Origin: Actinomycetota bacterium
GTDB taxonomy: Bacteria > Actinomycetota > Acidimicrobiia > IMCC26256 > VFJJ01
Direction: 5' to 3'
NCBI GenBank assembly: GCA_009886115.1
Contig: VFJJ01000011.1
Span: 135,612 to 155,611 of the forward strand
DNA: 20,000 nucleotides
The notes under the pieces are model-generated. The model was not told where the DNA came from. It did not search any database and saw only the letters and a list, made by a program, of their open reading frames with translations. The stretch's first letter is position 1, and every line of letters begins with the position of its first letter. The position numbers and the translations under genes are program-made. Below are positions 8,492 to 16,828 of this stretch, one piece after another.

Positions 8492-9184
8492 TCAGGTCCG
8501 AATGCGACCCTCGAACTGGTACCGGGACGGGTCGACGGCGATGAACAGACCGGTGGCGTCGGCGGTCACCGACCCGTCGCTGGTCACGCAGGTGGCGATC
8601 GTGAACACCTTGCGCCCCTCGACCCGCTCGACGCGGGCCTCCAAGAGCAGGTCGGTGTTCAAGGGCGTGGCCGCTCGGTAGTTGACCGTCATCGACGCGG
8701 TCATGCAGAGCTGACCCGACAGCGACGAAGCGGCTGCGAGCACGTAGTCGAAGGCCGTGCCGAGGTAGCCGCCGTGCAGCATCCCCGGCGGGCCCTCGTA
8801 CTGCAGCGTGTACCTGACCCGTCCGACGACCCGGTCGGCGAAGCGTTCGAGCACGAGCGGCGGCGCCATGGGGTTGGCCGGGCCGACGACGGTGTGGGTC
8901 TCCATGATCGCCGTGTTGTCGCCCGAGCGGACGGTCGCCCCGGGAGTGTCCTCGTAGCGTGAGGTGCGAGCGTGGGGCGCGAGCTCGGCAGCGAGCCGAG
9001 TGGCCTCGTCGGCGATCTCCTCGATGAGGCCGGCGGGAGCGGCCGAGTGGACCATCGTCCGCATGAGCGACCGCACCGCGTCGGCAGCGCGCCGGGCCGG
9101 GGTCGCCCCATCGGTCGGCCAGCCAACGGGTGCCGCGCCGTCGCTCCTGGCCGGCGCCGGGGGGTCGTCGTATTCGGCGGCCAT
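8492..9184 (-). CDS. PaaI-family hot-dog thioesterase
   Basis: GPANPMAPP, EGPPGMLHGG, TASMTVNYRAATPL, EGRKVF. Confidence 0.88.
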   Translation of the reverse strand: MAAEYDDPPAPARSDGAAPVGWPTDGATPARRAADAVRSLMRTMVHSAAPAGLIEEIADEATRLAAELAPHARTSRYEDTPGATVRSGDNTAIMETHTVVGPANPMAPPLVLERFADRVVGRVRYTLQYEGPPGMLHGGYLGTAFDYVLAAASSLSGQLCMTASMTVNYRAATPLNTDLLLEARVERVEGRKVFTIATCVTSDGSVTADATGLFIAVDPSRYQFEGRIRT

Positions 9185-9190
9185 CGTGCC

Positions 9191-10393
9191 TCAACCCGGC
9201 TCTCGGGGTAGGCCCAGCCCCAGTTGGGCGATGGTGGTGCGTTGGATCTCGTTGGCGCCGACGCTCAACGTGGGGTGCAGCCGTTCGACGGCCTCGTAGG
9301 CGAACCATCGGCCGAGCGGAGGCTGGGCGAACCAGCCCGGCGCCGCGAGCACGTCCGGGCCCAACAGCCGGGAACCCGAGCGGGCGATGCCCTGAAGGAG
9401 CTCCGTCGCCCAGACCTTCACCGAGGCCGACTCGACGACCGGCGCCCCTCCGACGTCCTGGGCCCACAGGACCCGCTCCGCGAAGCGCATCCCCAGCCAG
9501 AACCGGGTGACCAGTGACGCGAGCTCGTCGCGCACCGTGGGGTCGCGGGTTCCCCGGGCCAGCTCGACCAGGGCCTCGAGGTTGCGCCGGGCCCAGCCCA
9601 GCCAGGCCATGCCCGAACGCTCGTTGAGCAACGCCGCACCGAGTTGACGCCAGCCCCGGGATCGTTCGCCCAGCAGCGCCTCGGCGCCGACGATCGCCCC
9701 GTTGAAGCGGATCGTCCCGAGGTCCCAGCCGTTGGCGGTGCGGACCCGTTCGACCTCGACCCCGGGCGTCGACATGGGCACGAGCAGCATCGACAGGCCC
9801 TGGTTGCGAACCGTCCCCGGCTCGGTGCGGGCGATGGTGAGGCACCAGTGCGCCTTGTGCGGACCGGTCACGAGCACCTTCTCGCCGTCGATCACGAAGG
9901 CGGTCGGCTCGCCGTCGGCGCCGTGCTCGTCGGGGAAGGCCGTCGTGGTGATCTCGGCCAGGTCGGAGCCGGCGCCGGCCTCGGTGTAGGCGATGGCGGC
10001 GTTGATGGTGCCGGCGATGGCCGGGGGAAGGAAGGCGTCCTTCTGAGCCGGGCTCCCGAACTGGATGACCGTCGGGGCGACGAGAGCCACCGCGGTGTCG
10101 ATGAGCGGCGCGTCGTGGTAGGCCGCCTCGTGCGACACCACGGCCTGGAACGAGCGCGGACGGCCCTGGCCACCGTGCTCGACGGGCAGGCTGACACCGA
10201 GAAGCCCGGCGGCGCCGGCCTTGCGTAGCACCGACGACTCGAACCGCTCCGACCAACCGGTGAGATCGCGCCCGTCGCGATCGGCGTCGGTTCCCTCGCT
10301 CATCCACCCGGCCAGTTGCTCACGCAGCCCACGCCGGAACGCTGCGAGCTCGTCGGGGAAGCAGAAGTCGGGAAGCTCCCCGGACATCGTCAC
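9191..10393 (-). CDS. Acyl-CoA dehydrogenase (divergent FadE type), ~400 aa
   Basis: YTEAGAGSDLA, IDGEKV, LLNERSG, GANEIQRTTIA. Start at GTG 10393 (TAGCGT 8 nt upstream) or ATG 10387. Confidence 0.88.
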   Translation of the reverse strand: MTMSGELPDFCFPDELAAFRRGLREQLAGWMSEGTDADRDGRDLTGWSERFESSVLRKAGAAGLLGVSLPVEHGGQGRPRSFQAVVSHEAAYHDAPLIDTAVALVAPTVIQFGSPAQKDAFLPPAIAGTINAAIAYTEAGAGSDLAEITTTAFPDEHGADGEPTAFVIDGEKVLVTGPHKAHWCLTIARTEPGTVRNQGLSMLLVPMSTPGVEVERVRTANGWDLGTIRFNGAIVGAEALLGERSRGWRQLGAALLNERSGMAWLGWARRNLEALVELARGTRDPTVRDELASLVTRFWLGMRFAERVLWAQDVGGAPVVESASVKVWATELLQGIARSGSRLLGPDVLAAPGWFAQPPLGRWFAYEAVERLHPTLSVGANEIQRTTIAQLGLGLPREPG

Positions 10394-10500
10394 GCCTCGA
10401 GACGCTAGCCAACGGGTTCGAACGATGTTTCGGTATCGCCGTGGCATCGGGGGGATCAACCCGGTACCGTTTCGACAGCCGGCGAGGCAGGAGGTGGCCG

Positions 10501-11376
10501 ATGGCGTTCTCGACCGACGATGCTTCGCCGCTTCTCGGCATCCCCGGCTACGAGAACGTCCTCGAGATCGGTCGGGGCGGGTTCGGGATCGTGTACCGGG
10601 CCCGCCAAGCGGAGCTCGATCGGGTGGTCGCCGTGAAGGTGCTCACATCCGTCGTCGACGCCAAGGCGTTGCAGCGTTTCGACCGCGAGCGCAAGGCCCT
10701 CGGGGCGTTGTCGGACCACCCCAACATCGTCACGATCTTCGAATCGGGCACCACCGCACGCGGCATGCCGTTCCTCACGATGGAGTTCCTGGCCGGCGGA
10801 TCGTTCGGCGATCGGCTGGCGAGTGCCGGTGCGGTCGATTGGCCGAGCGTCGTCGCCATGGCGGTCTTGGCGCCAGGGCCCCCGCTTCCGCCGCCGGTAG
10901 CCACCACGTCACCCGCGACGAGCACGACGCTCGCTCCGGTGCTCATGCCCGACGTCATCGGCCTCAGCCAAGCGGCGGCCCGTTCAGCAGTCACCGACCT
11001 CCAGCGCAGCTTCAAGCCGCAGGGCTACTTCGCGTACACCGAGAGCCTGAAGTGCAACGGCAACACCGATCCCAGCCTGTTCGGCACGGTGCACGCCCAG
11101 AGCCCTCCGGCCGGGACTGCCATGTTCTTCCAGCAGCCGGCCAGCATCGACATCTACGAGACCTGCACGACGGTCCCCAACCTCCTCGGTGCCGACCGGA
11201 ACTCGCAGGCACCGGCGCTCGTGCTCCAAGCTGCCCTCCAGGCCACGTACACGATGGGCGCTTGTCAATCCGGTGTCGGATCGAACGTCGTCATCGCCCA
11301 GGATCTGGCCGATGGATCGATCGTCAAGACCAACTCGATCGTCAGGGTCACCTTCACTCCAGCGAGTTGCCCGTAG
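10501..11376 (+). CDS. Truncated Ser/Thr kinase (N-lobe only) fused to a Pro/Thr linker and two PASTA-like domains; possibly a pseudogene
   Basis: AGGAGG SD before ATG 10501. Has IGRGGFG, VAVK, RFDRE, HPNIV and MEF but no HRD/DFG/APE. Then PPLPPPVATTS, MPDVIGLS and VPNLLG. Confidence 0.8.
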   Translation: MAFSTDDASPLLGIPGYENVLEIGRGGFGIVYRARQAELDRVVAVKVLTSVVDAKALQRFDRERKALGALSDHPNIVTIFESGTTARGMPFLTMEFLAGGSFGDRLASAGAVDWPSVVAMAVLAPGPPLPPPVATTSPATSTTLAPVLMPDVIGLSQAAARSAVTDLQRSFKPQGYFAYTESLKCNGNTDPSLFGTVHAQSPPAGTAMFFQQPASIDIYETCTTVPNLLGADRNSQAPALVLQAALQATYTMGACQSGVGSNVVIAQDLADGSIVKTNSIVRVTFTPASCP

Positions 11377-13040
11377 TGAGCGTTTCTCGCCACCAGCCTG
11401 TGACGATCCCGGACGTGGTGCGCGACGCCGCCCGCCGTTGGCCCGACGGTGAGGCGCTCGTCGTGGGGGAGCGGCGCTGGACCTTCACCGAGCTCGCCGG
11501 CGAGGTCGACCGGCATGCGGCGACGCTCGTGCGCGACGGCATCTCGACGGGTGATCGTGTCGCTCTCTGGGCGCCGAGCTCGGCCGAGTGGATCATCACC
11601 GCGCTCGGTGTGCTCGCAGCCGGCGCCACGGTCGTGCCGCTCAACACGCGCTACAAGGGGGTCGAGGCGACCGACATCCTGAACCGGTCGCGAGCCAGGA
11701 TCCTGTTCACCAGCATGGGCTTTCTCGGTCTCGACTTCCCGCAGGCCCTGGCCGACACCGGCATCGCGCTCCCGACGCTCGAGCGCATGGTGCTCCTCGG
11801 CGTCGACGCCATGGCGGTCTTCGACACGACGGTGTCGGGAGCGCTCCCGAACGTGGGGCCCGACGACATCAGCCATGTCCAGTACACCAGCGGCACCACC
11901 GGCGCTCCGAAGGGGGCGATGCTGCGCCATCGGGCGATGGTCGACACGACCCGCATCTGGACCGACGCCGTCGGCCTCGGTCCCGGCGATCGCTACCTCA
12001 TCTCGAGCCCGTTCTTCCACATTGCCGGGCACAAGACGGGCATCCTGGCGTGCATCACCGCCGGGGCGACCATGGTGCCGGTGCCGCTCTTCGACGCCGA
12101 CACCGCCCTCGAGCTCATCGAGCGCGAGCGGATCACCGTGATGCAGGGGCCGCCGACGATCTTCCATTCGCTGCTCGCCCATCCCGATCGCGGTCGGTTC
12201 GATCTCAAAAGCCTGCGGCTGTGCGTGACGGGCGCCGCCACCGTGCCTGTCGAGCTGATCCGACGCATCCGTGCCGAGCTGCCCTTCGAGAGCGTGATCA
12301 CGAGCTACGGGCTCACCGAGACGACAGGCGTCGCCACGATCTGCTCCGCCGACGATCCGCCGGAGGTCATCGCCCACACCTCGGGGCGGCCCATCCCCGG
12401 TGTCGAGGTGCGCATAGCAGCGATGGACCCCACTCGAGTCGACGGGCCCCGTACCGGCACCGGCCGCGTCGACGGGCCCAGCTCCGGCGACGCCGAGCGC
12501 ACCGGTGAGATCCTGGTGCGGGGCATCGGGACCATGGCGGGCTACCTCGACGATCCCGCGGGTACGGCCGAGACCATCGACACCGAGGGTTGGGTCCACA
12601 CCGGCGACGTGGGCCGCCTCGACCAGCAGGGCAACCTGGTGATCACCGATCGGCTCAAGGACATGGTGATCGTCGGCGGGTTCAACGTGTACCCGGCCGA
12701 GGTCGAGAACCTGATGCTGGCCCACCCGGCGCTGGCCCAGGTGGCGGTCGTCGGTGTCGCCGACGAGCGTCTGGGTGAGGTCACCGTGGCGTACGCGGTG
12801 CTGCGCTCCGACGGTGTCGGCGGTGTCGACGGTGCCGACGACCCGGGGGGTCCGGAGGGTCCGAGCTCGACGGCGGAGGAGCTCGTGGCGTGGTGCCGAG
12901 CGCACATGGCGAACTTCAAGGCTCCCCGCCAGGTCGTGCTGGTCGAGGGCCTGCCCACCAACGCTGCCGGCAAGGTCGACAAGCTGGTCCTGCGTGAACG
13001 AGCGCGGCGAGGCACCGCGCCGGGCAGAATGCCGTCATGA
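11376..13040 (+). CDS. Acyl-CoA synthetase / AMP-binding ligase, FadD3-like, ~554 aa
   Basis: PLNTRYKG, YTSGTTGAPKG, SYGLTE, HTGDVG, DRLKDM.IVGGFNVYPAEVE, MANFKAP, GKVDK. Start at GTG 11376 (overlaps the upstream TAG) or GTG 11400. Confidence 0.92.
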   Translation: MSVSRHQPVTIPDVVRDAARRWPDGEALVVGERRWTFTELAGEVDRHAATLVRDGISTGDRVALWAPSSAEWIITALGVLAAGATVVPLNTRYKGVEATDILNRSRARILFTSMGFLGLDFPQALADTGIALPTLERMVLLGVDAMAVFDTTVSGALPNVGPDDISHVQYTSGTTGAPKGAMLRHRAMVDTTRIWTDAVGLGPGDRYLISSPFFHIAGHKTGILACITAGATMVPVPLFDADTALELIERERITVMQGPPTIFHSLLAHPDRGRFDLKSLRLCVTGAATVPVELIRRIRAELPFESVITSYGLTETTGVATICSADDPPEVIAHTSGRPIPGVEVRIAAMDPTRVDGPRTGTGRVDGPSSGDAERTGEILVRGIGTMAGYLDDPAGTAETIDTEGWVHTGDVGRLDQQGNLVITDRLKDMVIVGGFNVYPAEVENLMLAHPALAQVAVVGVADERLGEVTVAYAVLRSDGVGGVDGADDPGGPEGPSSTAEELVAWCRAHMANFKAPRQVVLVEGLPTNAAGKVDKLVLRERARRGTAPGRMPS

Positions 13041-14749
13041 CCCGACTGACGATCGTCAACCCCATCGCCCGGCCCCTCGCTTCGACCCAGGAAGCCGAGC
13101 GCTACGAGCCCGCACCCCGCCCGGGCACCCTCGATGGCCTCACCGTCGGACTGTTCTGGAACGGCAAGCCCCTGGGCGACATCGGGCTCGCTCGCACCCG
13201 CGAGAACCTCGAGCGGCTCTACACCGGGCTGCGGTTCGTCGACGTGTTCGGGGCCAAGGGCGGGCTCACCCGCTTCGCCAGCCCCGAGCAGCTCGACCTC
13301 ATGGAAGCCGAGTGCGACGTCGTGGTGGGTGCCACCGCCGATTGAGGCGCGTGCACCTCGTGGCTCATGCGTGACATGAGCGCGCTGGAACGCCGAGGCG
13401 TTCCCACCGTTGCCTGGACGTCGTCGGAGTTCGTCGAGGACGCCCATTGGAGCTCGAACGTCTTCGGCGTCCCCGAGCTGCCCATCGCCGAGGTCACCCA
13501 ACCCTTCACCAACCGCGACCCGGCGACCATTAACGCCATGGTCGACGGGGCCATGAACCAGGTGCTCGACGCGCTCACCCGGGGACGTGAGCGGCTCACC
13601 GCCGTGCCTGTCTTCCAACACGTGAACCTGGTCGAGGATCCCGTGTTGCACTACGACGGCGACGACCTGCTCGGCGCCTGGGACCGGATGAACGTCGAGT
13701 TCATCGCGGCGGGCTGGTCCGACGGGTTGCCGCTCGTCGCCCCGACACCCGAGAAGGTCGCCGCCATGGTCGCGGGGAGCGGGCGGGCCGCCGACGACCT
13801 GGTCGGGATCTTCGCGCCGGGCGACGGCATCGGGACGGTCGAGAAGATCGCGGCAAACGCGGTGATGGCCGGCGCCAGCCCGACCCACATGCCGGTGATC
13901 CTGGCGATGATGGACTGCGTTCTCGATCCCACGATCGGCTTGCGCACCTGGGCCATGTCGACCGGTCCGCAAGCGCCCGTGGTGTTGGTGAGCGGACCGT
14001 ACGCCGAGGCGATCGGGATGAACTCCGGCATCTGCGCGCTCGGCCCGGGCTCGATCTCGCACGTCAACGTGGTGATCGGGCGCACGCTCCGCCTCGTGAT
14101 GATGAACGTCGGCCATTCCTATCCCGGCGTCTCCGACATGGACACCATCGGGAACTCCATGAAGTTCTCGGCCTGCGTCGCCGAGAACGAAGCCCGCAAC
14201 CCCTGGGAGCCGTGGCGGGTGCAACAGGGCTTCTCAGCGGAGGCGACGACCGTCACGGTCAACGTGCCCTACGGCGTCTGCGAGCTGTTCGACTTCCAGA
14301 ACTGGGAGCCCGACAAGCTCGTCGAGAACTTCGCCACCGTGGCCTCCAACGCCTGTGCCACACCCAGCAACGGCGTCTGGCTGGTGAAGACGCCGGCCGA
14401 CCTGTCGGCGGGGTACCCGTTCAGTGGCGACTTCCACAACCTCATCCTCATGTGCCCTGAGCACGCCGAGGCCTTCGCTGTGGGGGGCTGGTCGCCCACC
14501 GACATCGCCGAGGGCCTGTGGGAGCGGGCGCGCCTGCCGTTCCGGGTGCTCATGCTCAACCAGCCCATGAAGAGCTTCGAGGTGTCGCACCCCGAGCTGT
14601 TGCACCTGATCGACGAGCCCGAGACGATGCTGCCGGTGTGCCCGACGGCCAAGGCGTATCAGGTGTTCGTGGTCGGCGCCGATGCCGGACGGTCACTGTT
14701 CTTCCACGGCGGCACGATCTCGGTCACCAAGGAGGTCCGCCTGCCGTGA
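13037..14749 (+). CDS. Putative selenoprotein, UGSC family (U-G-A-C variant), ~570 aa with Sec at residue 103 (TGA 13343-13345)
   Basis: The two ORF-track ORFs are in frame (13367-13037=330) with one intervening TGA. Context ECDVVVGATAD-U-GACTSW...LERRGVPTV. SECIS-like hairpin downstream. C-terminal domain has GWSDGLPLVAPT, TVEKIAANAVMAG and AENE..NPWEP. Confidence 0.85.
13359..13384 (+). promoter_or_regulatory. Candidate bacterial SECIS element
   Basis: GCTCATG (13363-13369) / CATGAGC (13375-13381) form a perfect 7-bp stem with loop CGTGA. Extended by CGT/GCG with a bulged G. 24 nt separate the UGA from the apical loop. Confidence 0.72.
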
Positions 14750-15576
14750 TGGTGGTCGCCGCCGACGGTGACACCCGACGCGGGCCGTTCGTCTTCTCTG
14801 TCGAGCAGCGGTGGTGCACCGGCGATCGTCTCTTCGGCGGCGTCGCGTTCGGTGCCGCTCTGGCCGCGCTCGAGCTCGCCGTCGAACGGCCCACCATCTC
14901 GGCGGCAGCCCAGTTCGTGAACACCGGCCGCCTGGGTGAACCCCTGACGATCGCCACCGAGGTGCTCGTCGCCGGGACGGGCGCGACCCAAGCCCGGGCC
15001 AGCGCGGTGCAGGGGTCGGTCACCGTGGCGCTGGTCTCGGCGACCCTCGGCGCGCTGGGCCCTTCCGGGTCGGTCGACCCGCCCGACCCGCCCGACCCGC
15101 CCGACCCGCCCGACCCGGGAGCAACCTGGGGCGCCGGGGAACGCTCCCGTGGCGCCCCGGTGGTCGCCAACCCGGAGCAGTGCAGGCCGCGCGAGTACCA
15201 GAACCCGCTTGCCGGCTCCATCACCGAGACGCTCGACGTGCGGGTGGCCGGGGTGACCCCGTCCACCGTGGTGCTGTGGGCCCGATGGGTCGAGGCCACC
15301 GCGTCGTCCGGACCGGCCTCGGCGCTGGCCCTCCTCAGCGACCATGTGCCGTATGGGGTTCGCCTGGTTCAGGGCCCCGAGTTGTACGGGGTGAGCCTCG
15401 ACGCGACGCTGCGGATGCTGCCGGCGGCTGCGGCGTGGGAACCGTCGGCCTGGGTGCTGCTCGAGATCACCTACGACATGCTCGGGGCGTACGGCCACGG
15501 CACCGTGTGGCTCTGGGACCTCGACGGACGACCGCTGGCGATCTCCACCCAGACCGTCCGCATCCGCCACTGGTAG
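14749..15576 (+). CDS. TesB-like double hot-dog acyl-CoA thioesterase family protein, ~275 aa
   Basis: LFGG, LALLSD, GVSLDATLR, WDLDGRPLAISTQ. GTGATG overlap with the upstream stop (start 14746 or 14749). Confidence 0.8.
   Translation: MVVAADGDTRRGPFVFSVEQRWCTGDRLFGGVAFGAALAALELAVERPTISAAAQFVNTGRLGEPLTIATEVLVAGTGATQARASAVQGSVTVALVSATLGALGPSGSVDPPDPPDPPDPPDPGATWGAGERSRGAPVVANPEQCRPREYQNPLAGSITETLDVRVAGVTPSTVVLWARWVEATASSGPASALALLSDHVPYGVRLVQGPELYGVSLDATLRMLPAAAAWEPSAWVLLEITYDMLGAYGHGTVWLWDLDGRPLAISTQTVRIRHW
15076..15117 (+). repeat. 9-bp tandem repeat (GACCCGCCC)x4.7 encoding (DPP)4-DP
   Basis: Read directly from the sequence; in frame inside the thioesterase gene. Confidence 0.95.
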
Positions 15577-15577
15577 G

Positions 15578-15608
15578 GGCGCGCTCCCAGACCGGGCGGG
15601 AACGCGCC
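15578..15608. terminator. GC-rich hairpin between convergent genes
   Basis: GGCGCGCTCCC / GGGAACGCGCC (10 of 11 paired) with a 9-nt loop. Confidence 0.5.
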
Positions 15609-15627
15609 GTGCCTCCTGAAACGACGG

Positions 15628-16083
15628 TCAGACGTCGAACTCGTTCGGGTCGATGCCGCAGGCGAAGCACGCCTCACGCACCGCCTTCTTTTCGTGGTCG
15701 TCGAAGTTGCCGTCGGCCGCACCGATGATGATGCCGATCTGAATGACCGCTCGGGCCTGATCGGGCTTCTTCTTCAACTTGCCGATGGCTTGGAGAACGT
15801 CGATCTTGCCGAAGTCGTAGTCGCGTTCGAGCTTCAGGCAGTAGTCGGCGAACTTCGTTCGGAGCTCGTCGGGCGGGAAGATGGCGAGGATCTCGTTCGA
15901 CGCGATGTACGAGGCGGTCTTCTGCCGCTCTGACGGGTCGATTGAGCCGTCGGCCGCAGCGACCAGCGCGCACATGGCCATGGAAGCGTCCGAGAAGTTG
16001 CCGTTCTTGAACGTGTGGGCTTTGGTCTTGAGCTGAGCGCTCATCTCGCCGCTCTTTGTCTTCAACTGGTCCCAAATCGGCAC
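15628..16083 (-). CDS. terB: Tellurite-resistance TerB family protein, 151 aa
   Basis: ASMAMCALVAAADGSIDPSE and IIIGAADGNFDDHEK. Strong SD AAGGAG before GTG 16083. Confidence 0.88.
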   Translation of the reverse strand: MPIWDQLKTKSGEMSAQLKTKAHTFKNGNFSDASMAMCALVAAADGSIDPSERQKTASYIASNEILAIFPPDELRTKFADYCLKLERDYDFGKIDVLQAIGKLKKKPDQARAVIQIGIIIGAADGNFDDHEKKAVREACFACGIDPNEFDV

Positions 16084-16212
16084 GTATTTCTCCTTGAGCG
16101 AGCGAGGGCCTGAGCAACGCAGCGAGAACTCTCGGTATCCGTCGAGCCATGTCCTGTGGACATCTGCACCTGCAGCGGATTGATCGGATCGCCGAGTCAA
16201 CGGGGTGGCCCG

Positions 16213-16221
16213 ACATTAGCA
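16213..16221 (-). promoter_or_regulatory. Candidate extended -10 promoter (TGcTAATGT) for terB
   Basis: TGn-TANNNT match in a GC-rich intergenic region ~130 nt upstream of the start codon. Confidence 0.45.
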
Positions 16222-16305
16222 GTCGATCACCCCGGTACCCCGGTGTCGACGACGACCGGACGCAACCGCCGCACCGGCGGCGGCGTCGACGGTTCGCGAC
16301 GGCGC

Positions 16306-16761
16306 TCAGAACAGGTAACGCGAGATCGACTCGATCACGCACGCCGGCTTGTCGGAGCCGTCGATCTCCATGGTGTCGCGGCAGACCACCTGCACACCCC
16401 CGGCCACGTCGGTCACCTCGATGATCTCGAGGGCCAGCCGGACCCGCGAGTTCACCTTCACGGGGGTGAGGAACCGCACCTTGTTCACGCCGTAGTTGAT
16501 GGCCAGCTTGGTGTTGTCGACCCGGAGCAGCTCGGTGCGGACCATGTTGGTGAGCGACATCGTGAGGTACCCGTGGGCGATCGTCGCCCCGAACGGTCCA
16601 GCAGCTGCCCGCTCGGCATCGATGTGGATCCACTGGAAGTCGCCCGTGGCCCGGGCGAACTCGTCGATGCGGTCCTGGGTGATGTCGATCCAGCTGCTGT
16701 GGCCGAGGTGGCTGCCCACGGCAGCCTTGAGCTCGTCGGGCGAGGAGAACGTCGTCGTCAT
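16306..16761 (-). CDS. MaoC-family (R)-specific enoyl-CoA hydratase/dehydratase, 151 aa
   Basis: ITQDRIDEFARATGDFQWIHID, TIAHGYLTMSL, NYGVNKVRF. Start MTTTFSS at 16761. Confidence 0.92.
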   Translation of the reverse strand: MTTTFSSPDELKAAVGSHLGHSSWIDITQDRIDEFARATGDFQWIHIDAERAAAGPFGATIAHGYLTMSLTNMVRTELLRVDNTKLAINYGVNKVRFLTPVKVNSRVRLALEIIEVTDVAGGVQVVCRDTMEIDGSDKPACVIESISRYLF

Positions 16762-16828
16762 GGCCTCATCGTGACGCCCGGGGCCGGCTGCGGGCAAAGC
16801 ATCGCGGGCGCGGTGTAGAAACGTTCCC

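Noticed and set aside
8112..10307. Long alternative-frame and antisense ORFs (8112..10307, 12542..14224, 11265..12905, 5999..7432, 17015..18412 and others)
   Set aside because: They lack recognisable motifs, overlap well-supported genes, and are expected in high-GC DNA.
10221..13040. 939-aa extended acyl-CoA ligase
   Set aside because: The N-terminal ~385 aa are an Arg/Pro-rich off-frame reading over the kinase/PASTA gene and the ACAD start.
13367..14749. Stand-alone 460-aa hypothetical protein
   Set aside because: No SD, the start is inside a hairpin, and the coding motif continues upstream through the TGA; better explained as the C-terminal part of the selenoprotein.
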